64,000 bases of DNA, from contig JBQTHB010000008.1 of the NCBI GenBank assembly GCA_052390235.1, forward strand, positions 36,840-100,839, read 5' to 3'. The DNA is from Deltaproteobacteria bacterium (GTDB lineage Bacteria; Desulfobacterota_D; UBA1144; Nemesobacterales; CSP1-2). Made by a program: the position numbers and the translations under genes. The notes beneath the pieces are model-generated. The model worked only from the letters and a program-made list of their open reading frames with translations, searched no databases and had not been told where the DNA came from. Positions 26,141 through 38,367 of this stretch are shown here, in pieces. Position 1 is the first letter of the stretch. Each line of letters starts with the position of its first letter.

Positions 26141-27298
26141 TCAATCTGCATAAGCCGCCATTAAGACCCTTCCCACCTCAGGTCTCGTGAACTCAAGCGG
26201 GAGGTCTTGCTTGTTTCTGAGCATCTCCCTCACTTTAGTTCCGCTGAGAATGAGGTGATTTTCTTTTGGGCATGGGCAGGTTTTAATTGACGCCATACCG
26301 CCGCATCTCTGGCAGTAGAACGTGTGGTCAAAGAATATAGGGGTTATGCCAAGCTCTGCGGGAGCAAACTCATCGAAAATCTTATGGGCATCATAAGTGC
26401 CGTAATAATTTCCGACTCCGGCGTGGTCTCTGCCGACGATAAAGTGCGTGCATCCATAATTCTGCCTCATCAGCGCATGGAATATCGCCTCCCTAGGGCC
26501 CGCGTATCTCATCGCGGCGGGAAGCACGGATAAAACCACTCTGTCCTTAGGATAGTAGTTCTCGATGAGGACTTCATAGCACTTCATGCGAATATCGGCG
26601 GGGATGTCGTCGCTTTTTGTCTCGCCCACGATGGGGTGAATCATGAGGCCGTCCATCATCTCGAGGGCGCATTTCTGGAGGTATTCGTGCGCCCTGTGAA
26701 TGGGGTTTCGGGTCTGAAAGGCGACAATTTTCTTCCACCCTTTCTCTTGGAACAGCGCGCGTGTCTGAGCCGGTGCGCGCCTGTATTCGGGGAATTCCAA
26801 ATTGGCGGGCATATTGACGAGGCTTATTTTGCCCCCCAAAAGGACATCGCCCTGGGCATAGACGACCTTTACCCCCGGATGCTCGGCGTCTGTGGTGCGA
26901 TAGACGAGGCTCGCTTCCCTCTGCTTATCGTAGCCGAATTTCTCCTCTAAGTGAAGTATGGCGATTAGATTTTGGCTCTGGTCAACGAGCGCCAGGTCTT
27001 CGCCCTCTTTGAGCGCCGCCGCCTCGTCCGCTGAGACGGGAAGCGCAATTGGGATGCTCCAAGCCGCCCCGTTTGCAAGCCTCATGCGCTCGACGACGCT
27101 CTCGTAGTCGGCTCTGCCCATGAAACCTTCGAGAGGACTCATCGCGCCGATGGAGATGAGTTCCATATCGGATATTACCCTTGCCGAGACGGTCAGGGTT
27201 TTGAGGCTCTTGGATTTGCCGATTGCCTCAGATTTTGCCTCGCCGTCGAGGATTCTATTTACTAATTTGCCTCCGTGAGGGGCGATTGAATTGCTCAT
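26141..27298 (-). CDS. sat: Sulfate adenylyltransferase
   Basis: [48 protein letters not shown]. Confidence 0.97.
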   Translation of the reverse strand: MSNSIAPHGGKLVNRILDGEAKSEAIGKSKSLKTLTVSARVISDMELISIGAMSPLEGFMGRADYESVVERMRLANGAAWSIPIALPVSADEAAALKEGEDLALVDQSQNLIAILHLEEKFGYDKQREASLVYRTTDAEHPGVKVVYAQGDVLLGGKISLVNMPANLEFPEYRRAPAQTRALFQEKGWKKIVAFQTRNPIHRAHEYLQKCALEMMDGLMIHPIVGETKSDDIPADIRMKCYEVLIENYYPKDRVVLSVLPAAMRYAGPREAIFHALMRQNYGCTHFIVGRDHAGVGNYYGTYDAHKIFDEFAPAELGITPIFFDHTFYCQRCGGMASIKTCPCPKENHLILSGTKVREMLRNKQDLPLEFTRPEVGRVLMAAYAD

Positions 27299-27344
27299 TT
27301 TTTTGTGATTTCTCCTTAAATTTTGAATAATAATCTGCGCGCGC

Positions 27345-28352
27345 CTAGAAATTCCGGCTCAGCATCGCCGCAACATCGTACTTAAAATAGAGCATAGACA
27401 AGGCATAGGCCGCTCCGACGGCAAAAAACGGCACGACAAACCAGAAAAAAGCTATTCTCATAACGTAGCGGTTTTGGAGCGTCAAGGAAAACCCCTGACT
27501 GGCGCACTAAAATCCTATTATACCCGATGTTACGATTTCCGCTAACGAAACGGGGATGCCGAATATCGAGGCGATGAGAATTATCGTCGCGCCGGTAAAT
27601 TCAACAGAAATCGCGCGCAGAAGGCAAATATCGGTAATCTGCTTTCCGACTGTCTCAAGCACCCTTCCGCCGAGGAGTATCGCCCCTGCCCCCATCCCCA
27701 ATCCGGCGAGGATTGCCCCGGTTGAGGACTCGATTAAGCCTATCCCGACAAGTGGGCCCACGGAGTTTGCCGAATTATTCGCCCCCGCTGAGAACGCCAC
27801 ATAACAGCCGGAGAATGTCAGAGCTAGGGTGAGAATGCGCCTTATACCCTCTTCAGAGTACCTGTCGGTGAGGAATTTGAGCGTTCGAAAGTAGAGATAT
27901 TTTCCCAAGAGATAGTTCATAAGCCACGCCGCAAATGGGGTTACCACCCACCAAACAACGATTTCGGCGAATTTCCTGCCATTTAGGGCTTGGGAGTAAA
28001 TCCCCACCCCAGCGACGGCGCACACTATGGCGTGAGTCGTAGCCACGGGAACGCTCAGTATATTTGCCCAGGTGATGAAAAATATGGCGATGAACAGTAT
28101 TATCAACACGAATCCCATGTGAGTGATAAGCACGGTTTCTGGGACCAGCCCCTTGCCCATTGTTTTAATTACCGGGCCTCCGGCAAGAAGCGCGCCGAGC
28201 AGGGCGAAAATAGCGATTAAAATCACGGCTTCTCTCTTCGTGCGCGCCCCTGCCCCGTATGCCGTTGCCATTGCGGCGGCTGAGTTATTAGCCCCGATGC
28301 TGAGGGCGAGAAAAGCGGCGGAAACCACGGCGATGATTAGAAACAAGTCCAA
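27345..28352 (-). pseudogene. PiT family anion (probably sulfate, CysP-like) permease interrupted by an in-frame TAG at 27507-27509
   Basis: Two GANN signature motifs; after IIGF-TAG the frame stays open for 53 codons (CASQGFSLTLQNRYVMRIAFFWFVVPFFAVGAAY...) encoding the last TM helix. Confidence 0.8.
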
Positions 28353-28402
28353 TGGAGAATCTCCCGTTTTGGGTGTAGTTGACCTTAAAGAAAATCGCTT
28401 GT

Positions 28403-28418
28403 CGCAATTAAGATGCCA
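28403..28418 (-). promoter_or_regulatory. Sigma54 promoter of the permease-sat-cysH operon
   Basis: TGGCATCTTAATTGCG on the minus strand, 50 bp upstream of the permease start and divergent from a sigma54 activator gene. Confidence 0.85.
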
Positions 28419-28529
28419 AAGAAATAATCCAATAATTAGTATTAGTTACGATTTGAGAATCCTCCGCTCTTGATTACTTTGTAACCGGTCTGTATATTTT
28501 CCCTACAAAAACCTCGGAGTTAGCATAAA

Positions 28530-29945
28530 ATGAAACGCCCTGTCACACTGCTAACCGAAGATGCAAAGCTCGTAAGAGAGTTCGAGCGCGTCGTCGGGGG
28601 AAGCATAGAATTTACCGTAGTCAGCGAAGTCGAGAAAGCCGGAGGGGCGGATGTCGTTTTTTTCGACGCCGACGGAGACAGGGGTCTCGGCGGACTTGGC
28701 TTACTCAAGGAAAAATCTTTTGTCATAGCGCTTACGGCGCAAAAGGGTTCTCGCTATCTCATCGAATCCATGACGTTCGGGGCTTTCGACTGCTTCGTAA
28801 GGCCGCTTGAAAAGATGCGGGTTATGGAATCTCTGGAGCGCGCCTTGGGGATTAAATCCGAGATAGAGAGCGACCTCATCGCATTTCCGGGCGAAGCCGA
28901 GGGGAGCGGAGTTACCTGCGCCATTGTTGGGAACTCGGCGATGCTTCAGGAGGTGTGCAAGGTCATTGGGCAAATCGGCAGGGTGGACGTTCCTGTCCTC
29001 ATCACTGGCGAGAGCGGCACGGGAAAGGATTTGGCGGCGGAGTCAATTTGGAAAGTAAGCACGAGGTGGGAAAAACCGTTTGTCGTGATAAACTGCGCCG
29101 CAATCCCCGAAGCGCTTTTAGAAGCCGAGCTTTTTGGGCATGAGAAGGGGGCATTCACCGGCGCAAGCGCAGCTCGCGTCGGGAAATTCGAGGAGGCGAA
29201 CGGGGGAATTATTTTCCTGGATGAAATCGGGGATATGCCCCTCGCGCTTCAGGCAAAATTGCTGCGGGTACTACAGAACGGGACTTTAACCCGCCTCGGA
29301 GACAATAGAGAAATCCGAGTTGACATCAGAATTATCGCCGCAACGAACAAAGACCTAGAGGATATGATACGCAAAGGCGCGTTCAGAGAAGACCTCTACT
29401 TCAGAATAAACGTCGTGAGGATTCATCTGCCCGCCCTTGGGGAGAGAAAAGAGGATATTCCCCTCTTGATGCAGTGCTTCACGCGCCGCTACAGCGCGCA
29501 GGTTGGCAAGGAAATCCGCGGGGCAACGAGCAAATTCCTAGAGAAGCTCGCCGAATACGATTGGCCAGGGAATATACGAGAGCTTGAGAACACGGTTAGA
29601 AAAGCCATTGCCTTTGCAAAAACCCCGTACCTCACCTCCTACGACGTGAACATTTACTCAACAGGACACTCCGCCGCCTCTAATTCTCACAGCGCGCCGC
29701 TATCCAAAGCCGAGGGGTCTTTTGCTGAGCCACTGAGGAATTCCGTAAAGAGCCTGCTCAGCGCAACCGGAGGCGGAAACATTTACAATCAAATTCTCAG
29801 GGAAGCCGAGAGGGTAATGCTCGAAGAAGCCCTCCACGCAAGCGACGGGAATAAATCGAGGGCGGCGCGGATACTCGGCATCAACCGACTCACTCTGCGC
29901 AGGAAACTAGAGGAGCACAACATCGCCTCGCCTTCGGAGGATTAG
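28530..29945 (+). CDS. Sigma54-dependent enhancer-binding regulator (divergent REC, AAA+, Fis HTH)
   Basis: GESGTGKD, GAFTGA, FLDEIGD, FREDLYFR, WPGNIREL, GNKSRAARILGINRLTLRRKL. Confidence 0.96.
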   Translation: MKRPVTLLTEDAKLVREFERVVGGSIEFTVVSEVEKAGGADVVFFDADGDRGLGGLGLLKEKSFVIALTAQKGSRYLIESMTFGAFDCFVRPLEKMRVMESLERALGIKSEIESDLIAFPGEAEGSGVTCAIVGNSAMLQEVCKVIGQIGRVDVPVLITGESGTGKDLAAESIWKVSTRWEKPFVVINCAAIPEALLEAELFGHEKGAFTGASAARVGKFEEANGGIIFLDEIGDMPLALQAKLLRVLQNGTLTRLGDNREIRVDIRIIAATNKDLEDMIRKGAFREDLYFRINVVRIHLPALGERKEDIPLLMQCFTRRYSAQVGKEIRGATSKFLEKLAEYDWPGNIRELENTVRKAIAFAKTPYLTSYDVNIYSTGHSAASNSHSAPLSKAEGSFAEPLRNSVKSLLSATGGGNIYNQILREAERVMLEEALHASDGNKSRAARILGINRLTLRRKLEEHNIASPSED

Positions 29946-30020
29946 CAACTTCGCCACTCAGACCCCGTTACAGCCGGGAATGGGGCAGATAATGCGCGCA
30001 GCCGCAGGGAGGGGCAATCA

Positions 30021-30449
30021 CTACTTTTCCATCACCACATCCCACGGCGCATCGGCTTGGATGAAGAACACGGCATCCTCACTGCCCTCAACTTTTACCG
30101 TATGCGGCATTTTGTCGGTGAGCGCGAAATAAGAGCCGGGACCGAGCTTGTGATCCTTGCCGTCCATGGTCAGCGTGACAGAGCCGGAGACTACTGCGGC
30201 GTAGTGATCCGTAGTGTGATGGTGCTTGGGCGTTACAAATCCGACTGGATACTTGAGGAAAAACCGGCTCGCGCCTTTTTCCATATCGCCCGAAACCTGA
30301 GCCGCCGCCACGCCCGGAATCCCCAAGTCCTTCCATACGAGATCCGCCTTCGAGACTGCCGCCGATTTACTGCCACTCATGGCAAGCAGAGATGCGGACA
30401 CTATAAGCACCGCCGAAATTACCGTAATGACTATGCGCTTTAACTTCAT
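30021..30449 (-). CDS. Secreted cupin protein (DUF4437-like)
   Basis: Signal peptide, PKHHHT, LGPGSY, PH cupin motifs. Confidence 0.8.
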   Translation of the reverse strand: MKLKRIVITVISAVLIVSASLLAMSGSKSAAVSKADLVWKDLGIPGVAAAQVSGDMEKGASRFFLKYPVGFVTPKHHHTTDHYAAVVSGSVTLTMDGKDHKLGPGSYFALTDKMPHTVKVEGSEDAVFFIQADAPWDVVMEK

Positions 30450-30774
30450 TGCGAATCGCCCCCTCTTTGGTTTTCGTCATCGGCAACATGAGCCTCCGAC
30501 AATTTAATTTAGATTATAATACAAAAGAGGAATTATTAGCAGTGCTTGTAAAAATATTTTGGCGCTTTTAAGGGGCAGAGGCGCAGCCGGAAGCGAAAGC
30601 GCGCTCAGTTCGTATACTTGCGCTTTAGGGGTGCCCTCATCAATCCACAGCAATTCCCCGTGCCGCGCTCCGCGCCCGGAGGCTGGCGGCGTTGGGGATG
30701 CTTGTATCCGACTCAACGCGGGGGCTGTCAGCCGACCGTTTTATTTGTTCATCTGATGCGCCTAGGGACATATA

Positions 30775-32955
<2,181 letters not shown>

Positions 32956-33136
32956 TCACCTTTAGTGTAGTGGATTGTTGTACTGCGATACGTCCGCGAA
33001 TAATCGCTTTTACTGCTAATTAAGGCTAGATTAGCCACTTACGAGCAGTTAAAAGCGCGGATATTATAACACAACCGCTAACAATGTGGGGTCTCGCCCT
33101 TCCTCAAGATTAGAAATATCGCACGCGGCAATCTCC

Positions 33137-34012
33137 TCAATTCCCTTCGAGCAGATAGGCGATAATTATTGGAGTCGAAATTATGGACAGGAGAGTTCCC
33201 GCCATGATGATAGATGCGACTGTCTGCGAGTCCTGATGGTATTTCTCGGCTAGAACGAAATTGAAAATCGCCGGGGGCATCGCCGACTGCAGAATCACCG
33301 TGTTCGAGGAGACGCCGCCTAGGTGGAGGATTTTAGCCATCGCTATCCCGAACGCAAAGCCAAGAGCGATTCTAATACCGCCGAACATGAGCGACCGCCC
33401 TACGTGGGATAATTTAATCTCCGAGAGCTTATACCCTAGGGCGAATATCATCGTCGGGATGCTCGCCTCGCCGAGCAGGGAAAAAGCCCTGTCAATCGAA
33501 ATGGGCAGTTTAAACCCCGAAACGCTGAGGATAATCCCCGCCAAAGCCGAATAAATTAGGGGGAGTTTGAATAGCTCAAGGCGGCTTCTGCCGTAATTTA
33601 AAATCATGATGCCGAGCGTGTAATGTACTATCGTCGTAAACACCATATAGAGTATTGCCGAGTTGAACCCCGCCTCGCCGAAGGCAAAGAGCGCGAGGGG
33701 AAGCCCCATGTTGCCGGTGTTGGCGAAAAGCACAGGCGGGACGTAGGTCTTAACGGGCAGATTCATCGCCCTGACGACGAGATACCCCACCCCCAAGCAC
33801 CCGGCTATGACTCCGGCGACGGAGAGGAAAATTTTCCCGGCAATCTCGGCTTGAAGCGGTTTTTCGGCAAGCGATGTGAGAATTAAGCACGGGGTTGAGA
33901 CGTAAATTATGAACTCGTTTATCGGGGCGAGGTTGATTGACCTGAATCTGGCGAAGAGGTAGCCAACGGCGATAATCAGGAATACGGGCAGGACGATGTT
34001 TGCGATTAAAAT
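33137..34012 (-). CDS. AEC (auxin efflux carrier) family transporter, probable ATT start
   Basis: NTGNMGLP, QSAMPPA; frame open upstream of the tracked ORF (ILIANIVLPVFLIIAVGY...YVSTPCL) up to an in-frame TAA at 34019-34021. Confidence 0.85.
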   Translation of the reverse strand: MLIANIVLPVFLIIAVGYLFARFRSINLAPINEFIIYVSTPCLILTSLAEKPLQAEIAGKIFLSVAGVIAGCLGVGYLVVRAMNLPVKTYVPPVLFANTGNMGLPLALFAFGEAGFNSAILYMVFTTIVHYTLGIMILNYGRSRLELFKLPLIYSALAGIILSVSGFKLPISIDRAFSLLGEASIPTMIFALGYKLSEIKLSHVGRSLMFGGIRIALGFAFGIAMAKILHLGGVSSNTVILQSAMPPAIFNFVLAEKYHQDSQTVASIIMAGTLLSIISTPIIIAYLLEGN

Positions 34013-34141
34013 GTGGAATTAACCCCCTCGGCGCGGACGTAGAATCAATAATTGTGTGGTATTTTACCTAACGAAGCGGCTGAAAATATGTTACCATGAC
34101 ACTCGCCCAATCGAACCTATATATGAGGAGAGGTTAATGAT

Positions 34142-34576
34142 ATGTTGATATGGCTCTGCGGCACTCAACCCTCGCTCGGCGCGCTGTTTGCCCGTATTGC
34201 GCTCGGAGTGATTCTCTTTGCGCATGGGCTTCAAAAGGCGTTCGGACTCTTTGGAGGCAGTGGATTCTCGAAAACACTTGAGTTTTTCGAGCAGGGGCTT
34301 GGAATTCCGCCGATTCTGACTGTTATTGCTATACTCACGGAGCTTATCGGGGGTATTGCGCTAATTTTCGGTCTGCTCACGCGCATCTGGGCTTTGGGCG
34401 CGGCTTCGCTTATGGTAGTCGCGATATGGACAGTTCACCTCAAGAATGGATTTTTTCTCTCTTCGGCGGGCAATGGCGTGGAATTCAACCTAGCTCTTCT
34501 CGGACTCGCTCTCTCGCTCGTCGCTTGGGGAGGGGGGAAATTCTCTGTTGATTATCGCTTTTGGGCAGAGGGGTAA
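34142..34576 (+). CDS. DoxX family membrane protein
   Basis: RIALG, HGLQK, GLLTR, VH, GVEFNL. Confidence 0.92.
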   Translation: MLIWLCGTQPSLGALFARIALGVILFAHGLQKAFGLFGGSGFSKTLEFFEQGLGIPPILTVIAILTELIGGIALIFGLLTRIWALGAASLMVVAIWTVHLKNGFFLSSAGNGVEFNLALLGLALSLVAWGGGKFSVDYRFWAEG

Positions 34577-34613
34577 GGCGCGATGCGAAATCATGCGTCG
34601 TGAACCGCTACCG

Positions 34614-34874
34614 CTAACCGCATCCGAAGAGCAGTTCCCGTGGCGGCTTAGACGGCGCTCCGGTTTGAGCCATTCTCCTTCTCACCTCGACCAGTAGCAA
34701 CGCCCGAGCCCTAGAAGCCCCGTCGAGATACGCCATCATAACCAGCCTCATCTCATCCCCTCCGAGAGCGGCAGTGGCTTTGGCAATCTGAGCCTCGTCT
34801 AGCCCCTCGACGTATGCCTTAGACTCGGCGTAAATTCTGCGCCTATGATCATTCCCCTCAGCCATGACCTTCAC
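34614..34874 (-). CDS. Hypothetical protein
   Basis: 86-aa ORF filling an intergenic gap; no recognised motif. Confidence 0.5.
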   Translation of the reverse strand: MKVMAEGNDHRRRIYAESKAYVEGLDEAQIAKATAALGGDEMRLVMMAYLDGASRARALLLVEVRRRMAQTGAPSKPPRELLFGCG

Positions 34875-34989
34875 CTCTACCGAGCCATAATAGGCGGATT
34901 TGGTTCAGAGAATGTGAACGGCGGATTCGGCTGGCGTGAATAAACCACAGACCCCTCGCCCCGACAATATCGCATATTGATAAAGCCAC

Positions 34990-35277
34990 TTACCATAGAC
35001 TCAGCTGAGCGCATGGACTTTGCTCTCTGACCCTGCGTCTGCCTCTAATAGTTGCCGTCCGGGACACGCCTGGAAATGCGAACTTGACGCCGCCGCACCT
35101 CTCTCCTCCCGCAGCGTCATCGAAACCGAGACGCACCCTGAGGTTCTCGCGGTTTTTTGTATCTCTTTCATATAGTAGCGCAATCAATCTCCAAAGCCTG
35201 TCCCAGTCGAGCCGTCTGTTGAAAGCCAGGATTCGGCCCGTTTGCGTTTCGGTAACTAAGAAGAAAAACTCTCTCAT
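34990..35277 (-). CDS. Hypothetical protein ending in QLSLW
   Basis: ATG with GGAG/GAGG upstream; no recognised domain. Confidence 0.5.
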   Translation of the reverse strand: MREFFFLVTETQTGRILAFNRRLDWDRLWRLIALLYERDTKNRENLRVRLGFDDAAGGERCGGVKFAFPGVSRTATIRGRRRVREQSPCAQLSLW

Positions 35278-35469
35278 TCCTCGAATCTCCCGTTAATCGC
35301 TCTATAAATCAAAGATACTCCAACAGATTAGATTGGGGTAAAGCTCGAATTAAGCGGCGGTTAGATTTCACATTTCATATTAATCAGCCCTTAATTCCCC
35401 CTACACGCCGATTTTACGAACCGAGCGCATAATCCAATAAGTGAAATTTAAATTCGGAGTGATGCTCAT

Positions 35470-36141
35470 CTGAAAACCCTGCTTGTCTCAGACATACACC
35501 TCGGCTCGGATTTAAACCGCTCAGGGGATTTGCTCAGGATTTTGGCAGATGCCACATTCGAGAGATTAATCATCCTAGGCGACCTATTCGACGATGAGAG
35601 GCTCGATAAATTAAATTCCGACGACTGGCGGTTCATCAAATTTATCAGGATACTTTCAGCGGATAGAGAGGTTATCTGGGTCGAGGGTAATCACGACGAG
35701 GGGGTTTTTAAAGTGATGCCCAATCTGCTAGGAGTCCGCGCCGAAGAGCAGTTTGCGTGGCACGAAGATGGGAAAAAATTTCTCGCCATCCACGGACACC
35801 AATTCGACCACTACCATCAGACAGAGAGTTTCGCATCGAAAATTGCAAGCCGTATATTCAGGAATCTATTGAGGCTGGAGAACAGAATCGGAGGCAACTA
35901 CATAAATAAATTCTCTCACAGGAATAAATTATGGATTCGCCTCGCCGAACAAGTCGCCCAGAGAGCAACAGAGTACGGCAGGGAGTTGAATGCCGATTAC
36001 GTTTTCTGCGGACACACGCACAAAGCCTCGAGGCGCTCGAGCGGCGGCGTAGTCTATATCAACACCGGGTGCTGGCACGACAGGGTCTGCCACTTCGCCG
36101 TTGTGCAAAACTCAGAGGTAACACTAAACAGCTACGAATAA
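35470..36141 (+). CDS. Metallophosphoesterase, LpxH/YbbF-like, probable CTG start
   Basis: SDIHLG (upstream of the tracked start), LGDLFD, GNHD, HGH, GHTH, NTGCW. Confidence 0.88.
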   Translation: MKTLLVSDIHLGSDLNRSGDLLRILADATFERLIILGDLFDDERLDKLNSDDWRFIKFIRILSADREVIWVEGNHDEGVFKVMPNLLGVRAEEQFAWHEDGKKFLAIHGHQFDHYHQTESFASKIASRIFRNLLRLENRIGGNYINKFSHRNKLWIRLAEQVAQRATEYGRELNADYVFCGHTHKASRRSSGGVVYINTGCWHDRVCHFAVVQNSEVTLNSYE

Positions 36142-36163
36142 CAAAAAACGGAGGCGCGGTAAA

Positions 36164-36649
36164 ATGTCAAAAGTAAAACCCATACCCGAAGGATTCACCA
36201 CAGTAACCCCGTATTTGGTTTGCAGTCCCTGCGACGAGGCGATTGATTTTTATAAATCCGCTTTCGGCGCAACGGAGATTTGCAGGCTTGCCTCCCCGGA
36301 CGGAGACAAAATCGTCCACGCCACGATTCAAATCGGCAATTCGATGATTATGCTCGGAGACGAATTTCCCGATTGGGACTGCCTAAGCCCCGAATCTGTC
36401 GGCGGCTCTCCGGTGATGATACATCTCTATGTCGAGGATGCAGACTCAGTCATAGATAGCGCCGCCCAAGCCGGAGCAGAGGTTACAATGCCTGCGCAGG
36501 ACATGTTTTGGGGAGACCGCTACGGGACGATAAACGACCCATTCGGGCATAAATGGTCCATCGCCACGCATATTAAAGAGGTAAGCGGGGAGGAATTGGA
36601 ACGGGGCGCAAGGGAGATATTCGAGAATACCACAGAGGGCGGCGCGTAA
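36164..36649 (+). CDS. VOC/PhnB-like glyoxalase family protein
   Basis: VTPYL, AIDFYKSAFGA, MFWGDRYG, DPFGHKW. Confidence 0.93.
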   Translation: MSKVKPIPEGFTTVTPYLVCSPCDEAIDFYKSAFGATEICRLASPDGDKIVHATIQIGNSMIMLGDEFPDWDCLSPESVGGSPVMIHLYVEDADSVIDSAAQAGAEVTMPAQDMFWGDRYGTINDPFGHKWSIATHIKEVSGEELERGAREIFENTTEGGA

Positions 36650-36675
36650 GTCAGCCGGCATGAGCCGAGGAATCA

Positions 36676-38292
36676 TCAGGGTTGAATCCGCGCTCTTTGG
36701 GCGATAGCCCCTGCGCACAGAGCCTCGGCTTTGTCAATTCCCTCGGTTGACTCGGAAATTAGCTGAAGCGATTTCGAGGCGACCTCAACGGTCAGAGCGA
36801 ATCCCGCGCCTGCGGACTTGTCCATTTCGGCAACCGGCGAGAGGACGTTGTTCAAAAAGCGGCTGAATACGCCGAGGGTTCTGCGCCTCACATCCCCGTA
36901 GCCTTTCACTATTTCTCCGCTACGGGCGGCAAGGCATCCTAGCTCATAGTCAATTCGGGCGAATCCCTCTACTGCGGATTTATACCCATCCATCGCCTCG
37001 CGCTCCCGCCTGAAGCGATACGAATATGGGCGCATGAATTTGAGCCTCGCTACCGCCCGAAGCCTCAGATACCCGAATAGAGAGCTGGTAACGGGGGTTT
37101 GTTCAAATGCGAGCTTATCTCGGCGGCGCAGTGATTTAAATAATCCGCTCTCCCCAAGTTTCATCATCGCACGGACGAGGGCATCGGGCAGGAGTCCCCA
37201 AATCTCCTCGGCATCGGGTTTGAGATAATCCGTAACGCGCAGGATTTGGTTATTGCTAATGCGCGCCTGCTCTCGTATCCGCTCAAACCTCTGGGGCTTG
37301 GTTTTAAGCTCTGCCACTCGGATGGCGTCTTCGTAGCTCATCCAAAGGGCGAGATTTTTGGCGAATATCTCTGTGAGCCTGAATCCGCCTCTGCCGTCAT
37401 CGAGCGCGAGAACATCCGATACCCTAGAGAAAAATCCCTCGGCGTACGGGGCGCCCTGAAAATCCACGAGTCTATCCAGGGCTTCGGCGAGAACTTCCCC
37501 AAGTTCCGCTGGGTAGTTATCTATTTGGGATACGAGCGGCAGATAGGACTCCCTAGCGCGCGGGCTTAGTGTATCGGCTCTTTGGGCGGCCGAGACTCGC
37601 CAATCTCGGCGGGATGATGATGGGGAGGAGGAGGAGGAGGAGGGAGCGGTCTGCGCCAATGCGGATTGCCCAATCTCCCAGCCAATGCCAAACCCCTTGA
37701 GGTTGCTTTGGACGGCGATGCCCGTCCCCTCTATCGCCCTAGTGAGCGCTCCCCTGCCGAGGGGAATCGCCCCGGAAGCTCCAAGGGCGCCGAGGAGAAT
37801 GGAATTGACCCCTAGCTCGCCAAGGCCTGCTTTTTTGGCGGCATCCAGCGCGTCAAATCCGATAAAGCGGGAGGAGAAAGCGCGGGCAAATTCCTCTAGG
37901 CTTCGGCTTGAATAAACGCCGTTCCCCAGGGGGAGCTTCTCTCTCGTGGAGTAAATCCTATGGGTGCTTGAGACGATGACGGTTTTATCCGAGCCGAAAC
38001 CCTGCTCAAGCGCCCTGCCGAGTTCGAGAAACTCTTGACATAAAATCACGTCAATCTCCCCGGGCGTAGGGTGCTGGGAGAATAAAATTCCAGCGCCGCC
38101 GCTTGCCTCTGGGTACGCCTCAATGTAGGAAAGTGTCGAGCCGCCGCGCTGAGCAAGCCCCGGAAGCCCCACTCCCTGCGCGGGGAAGCCCTCGAGGATA
38201 AACGCCTGAATCAGCCACTCGGCTAAAATCCCGCCGCCCTGACCTCCGACGGCGGGAATTATAATTTTTATCAAATCTCTCTTATCGCTCAT
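36676..38292 (-). CDS. iorB: Indolepyruvate:ferredoxin oxidoreductase beta subunit with long C-terminal extension
   Basis: AVGGQGGG, GLAQRGGST, WMSYED.IRVA, VKGYGD; next to iorA. Confidence 0.85.
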   Translation of the reverse strand: MSDKRDLIKIIIPAVGGQGGGILAEWLIQAFILEGFPAQGVGLPGLAQRGGSTLSYIEAYPEASGGAGILFSQHPTPGEIDVILCQEFLELGRALEQGFGSDKTVIVSSTHRIYSTREKLPLGNGVYSSRSLEEFARAFSSRFIGFDALDAAKKAGLGELGVNSILLGALGASGAIPLGRGALTRAIEGTGIAVQSNLKGFGIGWEIGQSALAQTAPSSSSSSPSSSRRDWRVSAAQRADTLSPRARESYLPLVSQIDNYPAELGEVLAEALDRLVDFQGAPYAEGFFSRVSDVLALDDGRGGFRLTEIFAKNLALWMSYEDAIRVAELKTKPQRFERIREQARISNNQILRVTDYLKPDAEEIWGLLPDALVRAMMKLGESGLFKSLRRRDKLAFEQTPVTSSLFGYLRLRAVARLKFMRPYSYRFRREREAMDGYKSAVEGFARIDYELGCLAARSGEIVKGYGDVRRRTLGVFSRFLNNVLSPVAEMDKSAGAGFALTVEVASKSLQLISESTEGIDKAEALCAGAIAQRARIQP

Positions 38293-38367
38293 ATTTGCCT
38301 GATAAAACAAATTAGGGGAATCCAGCGGCGGCGGGAGAATTGACAGGGGGAATCGGCTTTTAGAGTT

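Noticed and set aside
27507..27509. Genome-wide TAG recoding or pyrrolysine
   Set aside because: Conserved genes such as nadB, nadA, ilvA, rpsK and rplN end at TAG at their expected lengths; no pyl genes in the window.
34900..34925. GTTC...GAAC as a LexA box for the small orphan ORFs
   Set aside because: Spacing does not fit the LexA consensus sequences I know.
37615..37645. (GAG)n run as a contingency repeat
   Set aside because: Encodes an in-frame poly-Ser linker in IorB; triplet slippage would not switch phase.
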